From Sphingorhabdus sp. (GTDB lineage Bacteria > Pseudomonadota > Alphaproteobacteria > Sphingomonadales > Sphingomonadaceae), in NCBI GenBank assembly GCA_017987825.1, contig JAGNSY010000001.1, forward strand, positions 1-61,879: 61,879 bases of DNA. The letters are read 5' to 3'. The notes beneath the pieces were generated by a model. It did no database searches. It was not told the origin of the DNA and saw nothing but the letters and a program-made list of their open reading frames with translations. The position numbers and the translations under genes are program-made. This document shows positions 50,268 through 58,954 of this stretch, piece by piece (position 1 is the stretch's first letter; every line of letters begins with the position of its first letter).

Positions 50268-52771
50268 AGCGCTTCCTCCCCAAAAAAGGCAGTCTGGCCC
50301 CCGAACAGGAAATCCTGTTGAACCGCATGGTTATGGGCAGCACTGCCGGAACTGCAGTATATTTCCTCGCCTACAACGCTTTCCTTCTGGAAGCGTTTCT
50401 TGTTTACCTGTCGCTGAACGCAGCGCTTTTCCTGATGTGGCGTTCAGATGTCTGGAAACAGGAGCGGCGTTGGGTTTCGGCAATCGTGATGGATGTCGGC
50501 ATGGCTTTTGCCGTGATGATGCATTCTGCAGAGTCTATGTCTTTCTTCTATCCCCTGTTCCTGTGGGTCATATTGGGCAACGGCTTCCGGTTTGGCGTCC
50601 GCTTTCTGGTGATCGGATCTGCATTGGCGGTCGCCGCATTCAGTACGGTTGTTTTCACGACAGATTATTGGCAACCAAACCAGACGCTCGGTATCAGCCT
50701 GATACTGGCGCTGATTGTCATTCCTGCATATTGTTCCACGCTCATCAAAAAACTGTCGCTGGCAAAGGAAGCCGCCGAAGCGGCAAATCGGGCCAAGGGC
50801 TATTTCCTCGCGAGCGTCAGCCACGAGTTGCGTACGCCGCTGAATGCCATCATTGGATATGGCAACCATCTGCGCCAGATGGCGATGCCCAAAAACCAGC
50901 ATGATATGGTTGAAGCCAGCGTTTTGGCAGGCGAGCATCTGCTGCACCTCATCGACCAGCTGATCCAGATTGCGCGTAGCGATAGCAATACCGCTCAAAT
51001 TGTCATGCGACCGTTGCGGATAACCGAATTGCTTACCGAGATGCGCGACATCATGCTCGTTAGGGCAGACGATAAGTCGATTGGGCTGCAGATCGCCGCC
51101 GAACCCATGAGCGACCGGATTGTCGACGGCCCGGCTGATATTATCCGCAATATTCTGCTAAACTTGGCGGGCAATGCCATAAAGTTTACCGAAGCCGGGG
51201 CGGTTTCGGTTAATGCCGGGCTGCGCGAAGCTGACGGCAACACGACCTTGTGGTTTAGCGTCAGTGACACCGGAATCGGTATTGCAGAAGACGCGATGGG
51301 CAAGATTTTCGAGCCGTTCCAGCAAGCTGACGATACGGTGATGAATCGTTTTGGGGGCACCGGCCTGGGCCTAGCGATATGCAAACAGCTTTTGACGCAA
51401 GTAGGCGGACAAATCAGGGTCGATAGCGTCATCGGCAAGGGCAGCACATTCACTGTGGAACTGCCCGTGTCTTTGGCCGACGCCGAAAACGGGGCCTATG
51501 ACAATGAATATGGAGCCCCGGTAAAAATAGTCGCGCTCGGAATGTTTGAGCATGAACTGCTCGCAAAAGCGCAAAATGCAGGCAATTATCTGGTAAAGAA
51601 TATCAGCTGCCACGGCCCTGATGATCTCGAAAAGGCGGTTGCATCGCTGGAACTGGCCAGCTTTGACATTGCCATGATCGACGATCGTGTAGCCAATGAA
51701 CTGGACGCGGAATCGACGGTTTGGAATCTGTTCACAGAGGCCGAAGTCGCCGCCGTCCTGATCTCTCACGATGTCGAGCCTGACCTTGGAGAGATTGAAT
51801 TGCGGGCTGCTTTTGCGACCGTTATACCGGCAGATGCCAGCTTTAACGAGCTTAGGAGCGCGATCAGGATTGGTTGCTCTTTTGCCCACAAGCCGCATTT
51901 CGATGAACGTTCATCATCAAATCAGCCTGCTGAACCAGCAGTTTATAGTCCACGATCGGTGCTGGTCGCTGATGACAATCGGACGAACCGGAACATATTA
52001 ACAGCCATTCTCGAAGCAGCGGGACATAAGGTAACGCAAGTTTGCGATGGCGATGAAGTTCTCGAAATCCTGGAGAAGGAAAAGTTCGATATCCTTCTGC
52101 TCGACGTCAACATGCCGCGCCTGAACGGCATCGATGCTTGCCGGATGTGGCGTCAGATCGAAGGCAATCGCGCGCATCTTCCCATCGTCGGTGTAACAGC
52201 AGATGCAACAACCGAAACCGAAACCCGTTGCCTTGGCGCCGGTATGGATCTGCGCCTGACCAAGCCGATCAATGCGGCACTCTTGCTTGCTACGATCGAG
52301 AAATGCTGCGGAAATACGCCGTCCGCGCACATCCTTCCCGACAGCAAACAGGATCCCCTTAAAGTCGTCGTTCCGTTGGAACGGGGCAAAGAAGCTGTTT
52401 CGGACGACCGCGCAATCGATAGCGGCCACATGGATTATTTGGCCTCAATCGGAGATGCAGAATTTGTCGAGAGCATGATCGAAGGTTTTATCGAGGACTC
52501 GATGGAAAGCAGTGCCACGATGCTTCAGGCGATCACCGAAAAAGATCCTGCCCTGTTCCGTTTTGCCGCCCATGCATTCAAAAGTGCTTCAAATAATATC
52601 GGCGCGACACAACTCGCCGCTTTGTGCAGCAGGCTGGAGAAAATCACCGAAGCAGAGTTCGGAGAAATGGGTCGATCCTATTTTGCTCAAGTCGAAAAGG
52701 AATTGGACCGCGCGAAAAGCGAACTCGGATCGGCCAAAGCGCAACAACCGCCCAGAGCAAAATCGAACTAG
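50264..52771 (+). CDS. rpfC: Hybrid sensor kinase, RpfC-like (about 5 TM, HisKA, HATPase, REC, HPt)
   Basis: TM region 'LWVILGNGFRFG'; 'SVSHELRTPLN'; 'GGTGLGL'; REC 'DILLLDVNMP'; HPt 'AAHAFKSAS'; convergent with rpfF-like gene. Confidence 0.8.
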   Translation: MKRFLPKKGSLAPEQEILLNRMVMGSTAGTAVYFLAYNAFLLEAFLVYLSLNAALFLMWRSDVWKQERRWVSAIVMDVGMAFAVMMHSAESMSFFYPLFLWVILGNGFRFGVRFLVIGSALAVAAFSTVVFTTDYWQPNQTLGISLILALIVIPAYCSTLIKKLSLAKEAAEAANRAKGYFLASVSHELRTPLNAIIGYGNHLRQMAMPKNQHDMVEASVLAGEHLLHLIDQLIQIARSDSNTAQIVMRPLRITELLTEMRDIMLVRADDKSIGLQIAAEPMSDRIVDGPADIIRNILLNLAGNAIKFTEAGAVSVNAGLREADGNTTLWFSVSDTGIGIAEDAMGKIFEPFQQADDTVMNRFGGTGLGLAICKQLLTQVGGQIRVDSVIGKGSTFTVELPVSLADAENGAYDNEYGAPVKIVALGMFEHELLAKAQNAGNYLVKNISCHGPDDLEKAVASLELASFDIAMIDDRVANELDAESTVWNLFTEAEVAAVLISHDVEPDLGEIELRAAFATVIPADASFNELRSAIRIGCSFAHKPHFDERSSSNQPAEPAVYSPRSVLVADDNRTNRNILTAILEAAGHKVTQVCDGDEVLEILEKEKFDILLLDVNMPRLNGIDACRMWRQIEGNRAHLPIVGVTADATTETETRCLGAGMDLRLTKPINAALLLATIEKCCGNTPSAHILPDSKQDPLKVVVPLERGKEAVSDDRAIDSGHMDYLASIGDAEFVESMIEGFIEDSMESSATMLQAITEKDPALFRFAAHAFKSASNNIGATQLAALCSRLEKITEAEFGEMGRSYFAQVEKELDRAKSELGSAKAQQPPRAKSN

Positions 52772-53718
52772 ATCGGCGATAAAGATCGCCGGATACGCCG
52801 TTCTTGCGCATCCGCCAAACGCTCCATCTTGCGGACATCGGCGTCGGTCAATGTCATAGCCGTTTCGGCCCAAACCGTCGTTATCCGCATCAGTTCGTCC
52901 AGCTCCACCGGATCTGCAGCCCGGCGCGCACGATATACTGCGCGTTCAGCCGCGAAGCGATTGCGATTGCGTTGGCAATATTCGACAATAGCAGCCTCAC
53001 CCTGACCGTCTTCGGCAAGGATATCGACGATGCCAAGGTCGTACAACTCTTCAGCGGTGTAGATTTTGCCTTCCAGAATGAACTGCTCCGCCAATTTGCG
53101 GCCTACGCGACGCAGAAGAAAACTATATGCACCCATTCCCGGAAAGAGATTGAATACAATCTCCGGCAGACCGAGCCGTGCGCTGCGTTCGGCGACCAAT
53201 ATGTCAAAGGCAAGCGCATGCTCAAACCCGCCACCCAAGGCATCACCTTGCACAAGCGCCATCGTAATGATCGGTGCGCCAAAAGCATTGGCGTTGGCAA
53301 ATTGCATGCGCACACAGGTTTCCGCATATTTGCGCATTGCGCCAAGGTCGCGCGTTCGGATGCATTCGGCAAAATGCCGCAAGTCACCGCCTAAATTATA
53401 GATTCCGGGAGTCTTTGATCCACAGATGAAATAGCGCAGATCGTCCGGCCCGCCATTGGCAGGGCGCGCATAATTATCGGCGATCCAGTCCTGCACCTCC
53501 TGCACTTCTGCTCCCAAGCTGTAGGTATAGCTTGGCCTGCCGCGCTGGTTCATGAAGCACCAGAACATTTGATCGGCCTTGTCGTGCCGCACGATGATTT
53601 CATCAAATTGCCGCCCCACAATCGAAGAACCGAACTGTTCTCCGGTGCCGAATTGCGGCCGTGAAAAATCAACAGCCATGCGGGGTGTGCCCTCGGACAT
53701 AGGGTTATAGGTAGCCAT
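52768..53718 (-). CDS. rpfF: Crotonase-family DSF synthase, RpfF-like
   Basis: 'YNLGGDL', 'ALVQGDALGGGFE', 'LPEIVFNLFPGMGAYSFL' (both catalytic Glu); AAGGAG SD before ATG 53718. Confidence 0.85.
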   Translation of the reverse strand: MATYNPMSEGTPRMAVDFSRPQFGTGEQFGSSIVGRQFDEIIVRHDKADQMFWCFMNQRGRPSYTYSLGAEVQEVQDWIADNYARPANGGPDDLRYFICGSKTPGIYNLGGDLRHFAECIRTRDLGAMRKYAETCVRMQFANANAFGAPIITMALVQGDALGGGFEHALAFDILVAERSARLGLPEIVFNLFPGMGAYSFLLRRVGRKLAEQFILEGKIYTAEELYDLGIVDILAEDGQGEAAIVEYCQRNRNRFAAERAVYRARRAADPVELDELMRITTVWAETAMTLTDADVRKMERLADAQERRIRRSLSPI

Positions 53719-53795
53719 TTCGCTCCTTTTGCGACCTTGTGCCTGGCCACCCCAACCGGCACTTTGTTCATAGCACAAAATGCATAGGGGCAAGG

Positions 53796-53810
53796 GTAAA
53801 AAGTGGTTAA
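53796..53810 (-). promoter_or_regulatory. CtrA-like box upstream of rpfF
   Basis: Minus strand TTAA CCACTTT TTAC. Confidence 0.45.
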
Positions 53811-53955
53811 CTGTCCAAATAGGTCAAATATAGCAAGATTCTGCCTGCAAGAACGCAAGATAAACCACATACCCAATGCCATATATTTAGGCTGGGACGT
53901 CCTCGCGATACGGCCTATGTGCCGCCAAACTGAATAACCAAATTGCGCGAACAGT

Positions 53956-55584
53956 TCAAATCATGCGCTCAGCAACCAATGCGCCGTAGGAACCAATTTT
54001 CCAGTCCCTTGCTGCGTTCAACTGCTCAATTGTCCGCCATTGCTCCGAATTATCGGGCGTCCAATTCACGCTTTGCCCTCCCATGTTAAACAGGCACAAT
54101 ATCGTCTGATGCTCGCTCTTTCGTTCAAAGGCCAATATTGGGCCTTGCGCATCTACGATGTGGATGTCGCCGCTGCGCAGAGCTTCGTTCGCCTGCCGCA
54201 GGGCAATGAAGCGCCGTGTGGCTTGCAACATCGAGTGCTCTGACTCCTCCTGCTTGTCGACGGCCAGTGCAACATGATCACCTCCCAGCGGCAGCCAGGG
54301 CGTTTGCGAGGAGAACCCGCAATTCGGTGCCTCTGCCTTCCAAGGCATCGGCGTGCGGGTGCCATCGCGTGACAGCGTGAGTGGCCAATTGGCGATGGCT
54401 TCGGGATCCTGCAGGCGATCAAAAGGAATTTCCACTTGAGTGAGGCCGAGCTCCTCCCCTTGCCAGATGATCGCATTCCCGCGCAGGCATAGAAACAAGA
54501 GCATCGCCATCCGCGCATAGGAATCGCGCGCATCATCAGGAGCCCAGCGGTTGATCCATCGCGGCGCATCATGATTGGAAAAGGCCCAGCTGGGCCAGCC
54601 AATCCCCTCCTCTGCTGGCCAGTTTTCCAGTGCCTCCCGTGCAAGTGCCGGGGTCAACTTGTCCGCGTAAAGAAAGTCGAAACCATAGGCACTGTTGAAA
54701 TGACTTTCGCCAGCGGTGAAGGCCTTCATCTCGCGATCCGGGTCTGCTCCCCCGACTTCTGCCACCGTGAAGCGATCGGGATATTGATCGGTCAGGGCAC
54801 GAATTCGCTCGACGAATTTCGGGATATCGGGGTGCGATTGGTTGTGGACCTTTAGCTGGAAATCAAAGGGCCTTGTGCGAATGCCATTGCCTGCAGGCGC
54901 CGGCGGATTGTCACGCAGATCCAGATCGTGCATCGCAAAATTGATAGCGTCGACCCGGAAGCCGTCGACACCACGGTCGAGCCAGAATTTGGCCACGCCC
55001 AGCAGCGCGTCCTGAACCTCTGGATTATGCACATTTAACTGCGGCTGCTGCGCCAGGAAATTGTGCATATAATATTGGCCGCGACGGGCATCCCATGTCC
55101 AGGCAGGACCGCCAAACACCGACTGCCAATTGTTGGGCGGCGTTCCGTCGACTTTTGGATCAGCCCAAACAAACCAATCGGCCTTTGGATTGTCGCGCGA
55201 ACTGCGGCTTTCGGCAAACCATGCGTGTTGGTCCGACGTATGTGAATAGACCTGATCGATCAAAATTTTCAGACCAAGCGCGTGCGCCCGGGTAACCAGT
55301 GCGTCGAAATCGGCCAGCGTCCCGAAAATGGGATCAACGTCGCAATAGTCTGCAACATCATAGCCGAAATCTTTCATCGGTGAGGTGAAAAAGGGCGACA
55401 GCCAAACGGCATCCACGCCCAATGCGGCTATATAGTCGAGTTTTCCGGTTATCCCCGGCAAGTCTCCCACGCCATCGCCATTGGTATCGGCAAAGCTGCG
55501 CGGATAGACCTGATAAATGGTCGCCCCCCGCCACCATGTAACGGTAACATCTTCTTTGATGATGCTTTGCACCTGTATGTTCAT
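53956..55584 (-). CDS. GH13 alpha-glucosidase
   Basis: 'WWRGATIYQVYPRSFAD', 'DFGYDVADY', 'GVDGFRVDA', 'FSNHD'; ATGA-coupled start. Confidence 0.92.
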   Translation of the reverse strand: MNIQVQSIIKEDVTVTWWRGATIYQVYPRSFADTNGDGVGDLPGITGKLDYIAALGVDAVWLSPFFTSPMKDFGYDVADYCDVDPIFGTLADFDALVTRAHALGLKILIDQVYSHTSDQHAWFAESRSSRDNPKADWFVWADPKVDGTPPNNWQSVFGGPAWTWDARRGQYYMHNFLAQQPQLNVHNPEVQDALLGVAKFWLDRGVDGFRVDAINFAMHDLDLRDNPPAPAGNGIRTRPFDFQLKVHNQSHPDIPKFVERIRALTDQYPDRFTVAEVGGADPDREMKAFTAGESHFNSAYGFDFLYADKLTPALAREALENWPAEEGIGWPSWAFSNHDAPRWINRWAPDDARDSYARMAMLLFLCLRGNAIIWQGEELGLTQVEIPFDRLQDPEAIANWPLTLSRDGTRTPMPWKAEAPNCGFSSQTPWLPLGGDHVALAVDKQEESEHSMLQATRRFIALRQANEALRSGDIHIVDAQGPILAFERKSEHQTILCLFNMGGQSVNWTPDNSEQWRTIEQLNAARDWKIGSYGALVAERMI

Positions 55585-57386
55585 TCCTTGGCACCCGCTT
55601 CGCAGACAGCGAAATCCAACGGCGCCAGCGTCAGCTTGATCCGCCCGGGCGTATCGGCGCTTTCCGGGCATTGCCCATAGAGCGCGCCAAATTTAGTGCT
55701 TTGCGTTGCCACCTCGACATTCACCGTCATGGCTTTGTCAGACGTATTGAACGCGACAACAATTTCGTGGCCATCGTCTGGATCGATCCGCGACACAGCA
55801 AACAACCCCGGCGTATCGGCATAGTTTCTGACTATCTGCTTGCCCCGTCGCAGTGCCGCATGGCGTTGACGCATGCCGGAAAGTTGCGCCATCTTTGTAT
55901 ACAGAGGATGCGCCGTATCGAAATTGCTTTGCGCCGTCGTCGCTTTTGTACCGATCAGCACATTATCGTTGTACACCGCAGTCTTCGATGGGAACATGTC
56001 TTCGCGCGAGTCCTGATCCCAACCGTCACCTGCAAAACCCTGTTCATCGCCCGAATAGATCGTCGGCACCCCGCGCAAGGTCAACAGCATCGCATGTGCC
56101 AATGTTACCCGCTTCAATTGCTCTTCATCAGAAGCCTGCGGGAATGCTTTACGGACAAAATATCCAAATCGGCCATTGTCGTGATTGCTCACAAAGGTCG
56201 GCTGAATCCGGGCCTTGTCCGCGCCGCCTTCATAGAGCGGGTCCTGAAAGAATAGTTCCCATAATTTGTTCGTAGCCCCCGTTCCGGCAACCGTATCCAC
56301 GGCCGCCTGACGAAAGGCAAAGTCGATTACTGCGGGATATTTGTCGACGCGCGTGTGCACCGCCAGCTTTCCGGGTTCGAGCCCGATCCCGCCAATTTCA
56401 CCGAAAATGTGGAAATTTGGGATATTGTTCGCCTTGGCCCGCTCTAGCATCGCAGGAACAAATGCCTGCCAGAATTCAGGGTTCACATGGCGCGCCGTAT
56501 CAACCCGAAAGCCGTCAACACCATATTTATCGATCCAGCTGCCATAAATATCGATCATCCCCTGCACCACGCGCGGATGCTCGGTCATGATGTCATCAAG
56601 ACCCACAAAATCGCCCATTGTCGCGGATTCGTTCCAGAATGTCGTGTTGCCGCGATTGTGGTAATATTTTGGATCGTTCAGCCAGTCGGGCACTTTCACC
56701 TTGGCTTCGGCCTTGGGAACGACAACGTCATAGGCGAAATCCATGTCGGTCAGCTTTGCGAAGTTCTCGTTCGACTGATCGCTATCGCCTGTAAAACCGG
56801 CGTTGATCGGGGCTCCATCGCGGTTGCGTCGCTGGTAGGGATAGTCCGCTCTGCTGCGATATTCGCAACCGCCGGTTGGGCATTCGCGGTAGCTGATCAC
56901 ATCGGCAGTGTGGTTGGCAATGATGTCCATATAGACCTTCATGCCCCGCGCGTGGGCGGCATCCACCAACGCCTTGAAATCGGCTTCGGTGCCGAAATGC
57001 GGGTCGACGGTGGTGAAATCCGTCACCCAATATCCGTGATAGCCAGCACTTTCGTCACCGGGCTTGCCCTGAACCGCCTTGTTCTTGAACACAGGCGCGA
57101 GCCAAATCGCTGTCGCACCCAAGCCTTGAATATAGTCGATCCGTTTCAGCAACCCCTTCAGATCGCCGCCGTGGTAGAAGCCCTTGTGGGTCGGATCATA
57201 CCCGGTCTTCAGCCGATCACCCTTGATCCCACCGGTATCGTTTTTCGGATCACCGTTGGCGAAGCGGTCGGGGAGAACGAAATAGATTACTTCATCCTCC
57301 GGCAAGCGATCGCGGAAAGATTGGGCCGAAAGCGGTGATGCAGTCATAGCAGCCAACGCCGCAGAAAATAGCAACTGGCGCATCAT
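55581..57386 (-). CDS. Secreted GH13 alpha-amylase/maltodextrin hydrolase
   Basis: Signal peptide 'MMRQLLFSAALAAMTASPLSA|Q'; 'YFVLPDRFANGD', 'YHGYW', 'DIIANH', 'DGFRVDTARH', 'FVSNHD'. Confidence 0.92.
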   Translation of the reverse strand: MMRQLLFSAALAAMTASPLSAQSFRDRLPEDEVIYFVLPDRFANGDPKNDTGGIKGDRLKTGYDPTHKGFYHGGDLKGLLKRIDYIQGLGATAIWLAPVFKNKAVQGKPGDESAGYHGYWVTDFTTVDPHFGTEADFKALVDAAHARGMKVYMDIIANHTADVISYRECPTGGCEYRSRADYPYQRRNRDGAPINAGFTGDSDQSNENFAKLTDMDFAYDVVVPKAEAKVKVPDWLNDPKYYHNRGNTTFWNESATMGDFVGLDDIMTEHPRVVQGMIDIYGSWIDKYGVDGFRVDTARHVNPEFWQAFVPAMLERAKANNIPNFHIFGEIGGIGLEPGKLAVHTRVDKYPAVIDFAFRQAAVDTVAGTGATNKLWELFFQDPLYEGGADKARIQPTFVSNHDNGRFGYFVRKAFPQASDEEQLKRVTLAHAMLLTLRGVPTIYSGDEQGFAGDGWDQDSREDMFPSKTAVYNDNVLIGTKATTAQSNFDTAHPLYTKMAQLSGMRQRHAALRRGKQIVRNYADTPGLFAVSRIDPDDGHEIVVAFNTSDKAMTVNVEVATQSTKFGALYGQCPESADTPGRIKLTLAPLDFAVCEAGAKE

Positions 57387-58870
57387 AATTCTCCGGTCGG
57401 ACAATTTTGGCGAATATAATCCGCGTGATCAGGCATACGGACGACCTTGGCGGCAATAACCTCTTCGATCGATGCCAAATATTTATCTACCGCCTCGTCG
57501 CCCGGTGCGTTGGCGAGCGGATGAAATCCTTTGGGTTCAATCCCCTGCCCGATCAGGACTTGCAGCCATCCAGTTTCGGTAAACAGTTCCTCATTGTATC
57601 GGAACAAACGACCATTGGCGCGAAAGAGCTCCAACTTGTGCTGCAAGCTGTCGGTCAGTTCGAGTTCGCGGCACGCCTTCCAGAATGGCTCATCGCGGCC
57701 ATTGGCCCAGTAATGTAACACCAAGAAATCTCGGATTGTTTCGAACTCAAAAGTCATCTGGCGATTAAATCGATCTACGTCCGCATCGGAAATGTCGCCA
57801 TATGGGAGCAAATCAATCAGATGTTTGATACCCGATTGAACAAGATGCAGGCTGGTCGATTCCAGCGGCTCTAAAAACCCGCAGGAAAGCCCAAGCGAAA
57901 CGACGTTTTTCTTCCAGAAATCCCTTCTGTGACCCGTCGTGAAGCTGATTGGCCGAGGGTCCGCCAATGGCTTTCCATCCAGATTGGATAAGAGAATGTC
58001 TGTCGCCCGATCATCATCCATGAAGGCGCTGCAATACACATGACCGTTTCCGATCCGGTGTTGCAATGGAATGCGCCATTGCCATCCGGCCTCGCGAGCG
58101 GTGGCACGGGTGTAGGGAAACAACTTTTCTGAAGATTCGCAGGGCACAGCTAACGCGCGATTGCACGGAAGCCATTTAGACCAGTCGACATATTGCGAGC
58201 CCACAGCATCGCCGATCAGCAAGCCCCTGAAGCCAGAGCAATCTATGAAAAGATCGCCCTCGATCAATACCCCATTTTCCAGTTTGACTGAAGTAACATG
58301 CCCCTTGTTTCCATCCAGCGGAGTCTCAACAATCCTGCCTTCGTGCCGGACCACCCCGCGCGCCTCCGCATAGTCGCGCAGCATTGCAGCATAAAGAACA
58401 GCATCAAAATGATAGGAATAGGTCGCAGCGCCCATAGGCGCCTGCGGCAAAGGATCTGTTCGAGAAAAGCGGTTGGCGCGTGCGGCACATTCGGACAAAC
58501 TGTAGTGTCCGATCGGCTTCGCTGCACCACGTGCTCGGGCCTGCAACCAATAATGGTGAAAAGGAATTAAGCCAAGATCACGACCGACCAAACCAAAGGC
58601 GTGCATGTAACGTTCGCCGGGAGCACGCCAACCATCGAATTCGATGCCCAGCTTAATTGTCCCGTTGGTTGCTTTCAAAAACGCATTTTCGTCTATTCCC
58701 AAAAATGCATTAAACAGAAGTATCTGGGGAATTGTTGCTTCGCCGACACCGACCGTACCAATCTGGTCGGATTCAACCAGATCAATCTTCCAATCGGATG
58801 TGAGGAGGCGGGAAAGTGCCGCCGCTGCCATCCACCCTGCAGAGCCGCCTCCTACAATGACTATACGCAT
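57383..58870 (-). CDS. Flavin-dependent (tryptophan-halogenase family) halogenase
   Basis: 'IVGGGSAGWM', 'GVGEAT', catalytic Lys region 'GTIKLGI', 'WQWRIPL', 'FLEPLESTS'; start could be a few codons further upstream. Confidence 0.9.
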   Translation of the reverse strand: MRIVIVGGGSAGWMAAAALSRLLTSDWKIDLVESDQIGTVGVGEATIPQILLFNAFLGIDENAFLKATNGTIKLGIEFDGWRAPGERYMHAFGLVGRDLGLIPFHHYWLQARARGAAKPIGHYSLSECAARANRFSRTDPLPQAPMGAATYSYHFDAVLYAAMLRDYAEARGVVRHEGRIVETPLDGNKGHVTSVKLENGVLIEGDLFIDCSGFRGLLIGDAVGSQYVDWSKWLPCNRALAVPCESSEKLFPYTRATAREAGWQWRIPLQHRIGNGHVYCSAFMDDDRATDILLSNLDGKPLADPRPISFTTGHRRDFWKKNVVSLGLSCGFLEPLESTSLHLVQSGIKHLIDLLPYGDISDADVDRFNRQMTFEFETIRDFLVLHYWANGRDEPFWKACRELELTDSLQHKLELFRANGRLFRYNEELFTETGWLQVLIGQGIEPKGFHPLANAPGDEAVDKYLASIEEVIAAKVVRMPDHADYIRQNCPTGEL

Positions 58871-58909
58871 CGATTCTGCCTGTCGTTTTTGCGGAGCCTC
58901 AACGATCCG

Positions 58910-58943
58910 AAAATCAAGGGACGCCGCTTTAGGCAGCGCCCCC
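58910..58943 (-). terminator. Stem-loop after the TonB-dependent receptor gene
   Basis: Minus strand GGGGCGCTGC-ctaaa-GCGGCGTCCC followed by TTGATTTT. Confidence 0.6.
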
Positions 58944-58954
58944 AAACTTAGCTA

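Noticed and set aside
48050-53955. rpf cluster as a mobile island inserted at the tRNA-Pro 3' end
   Set aside because: The position is suggestive, but I found no repeat of the tRNA 3' end and no integrase or transposase; old acquisition cannot be excluded
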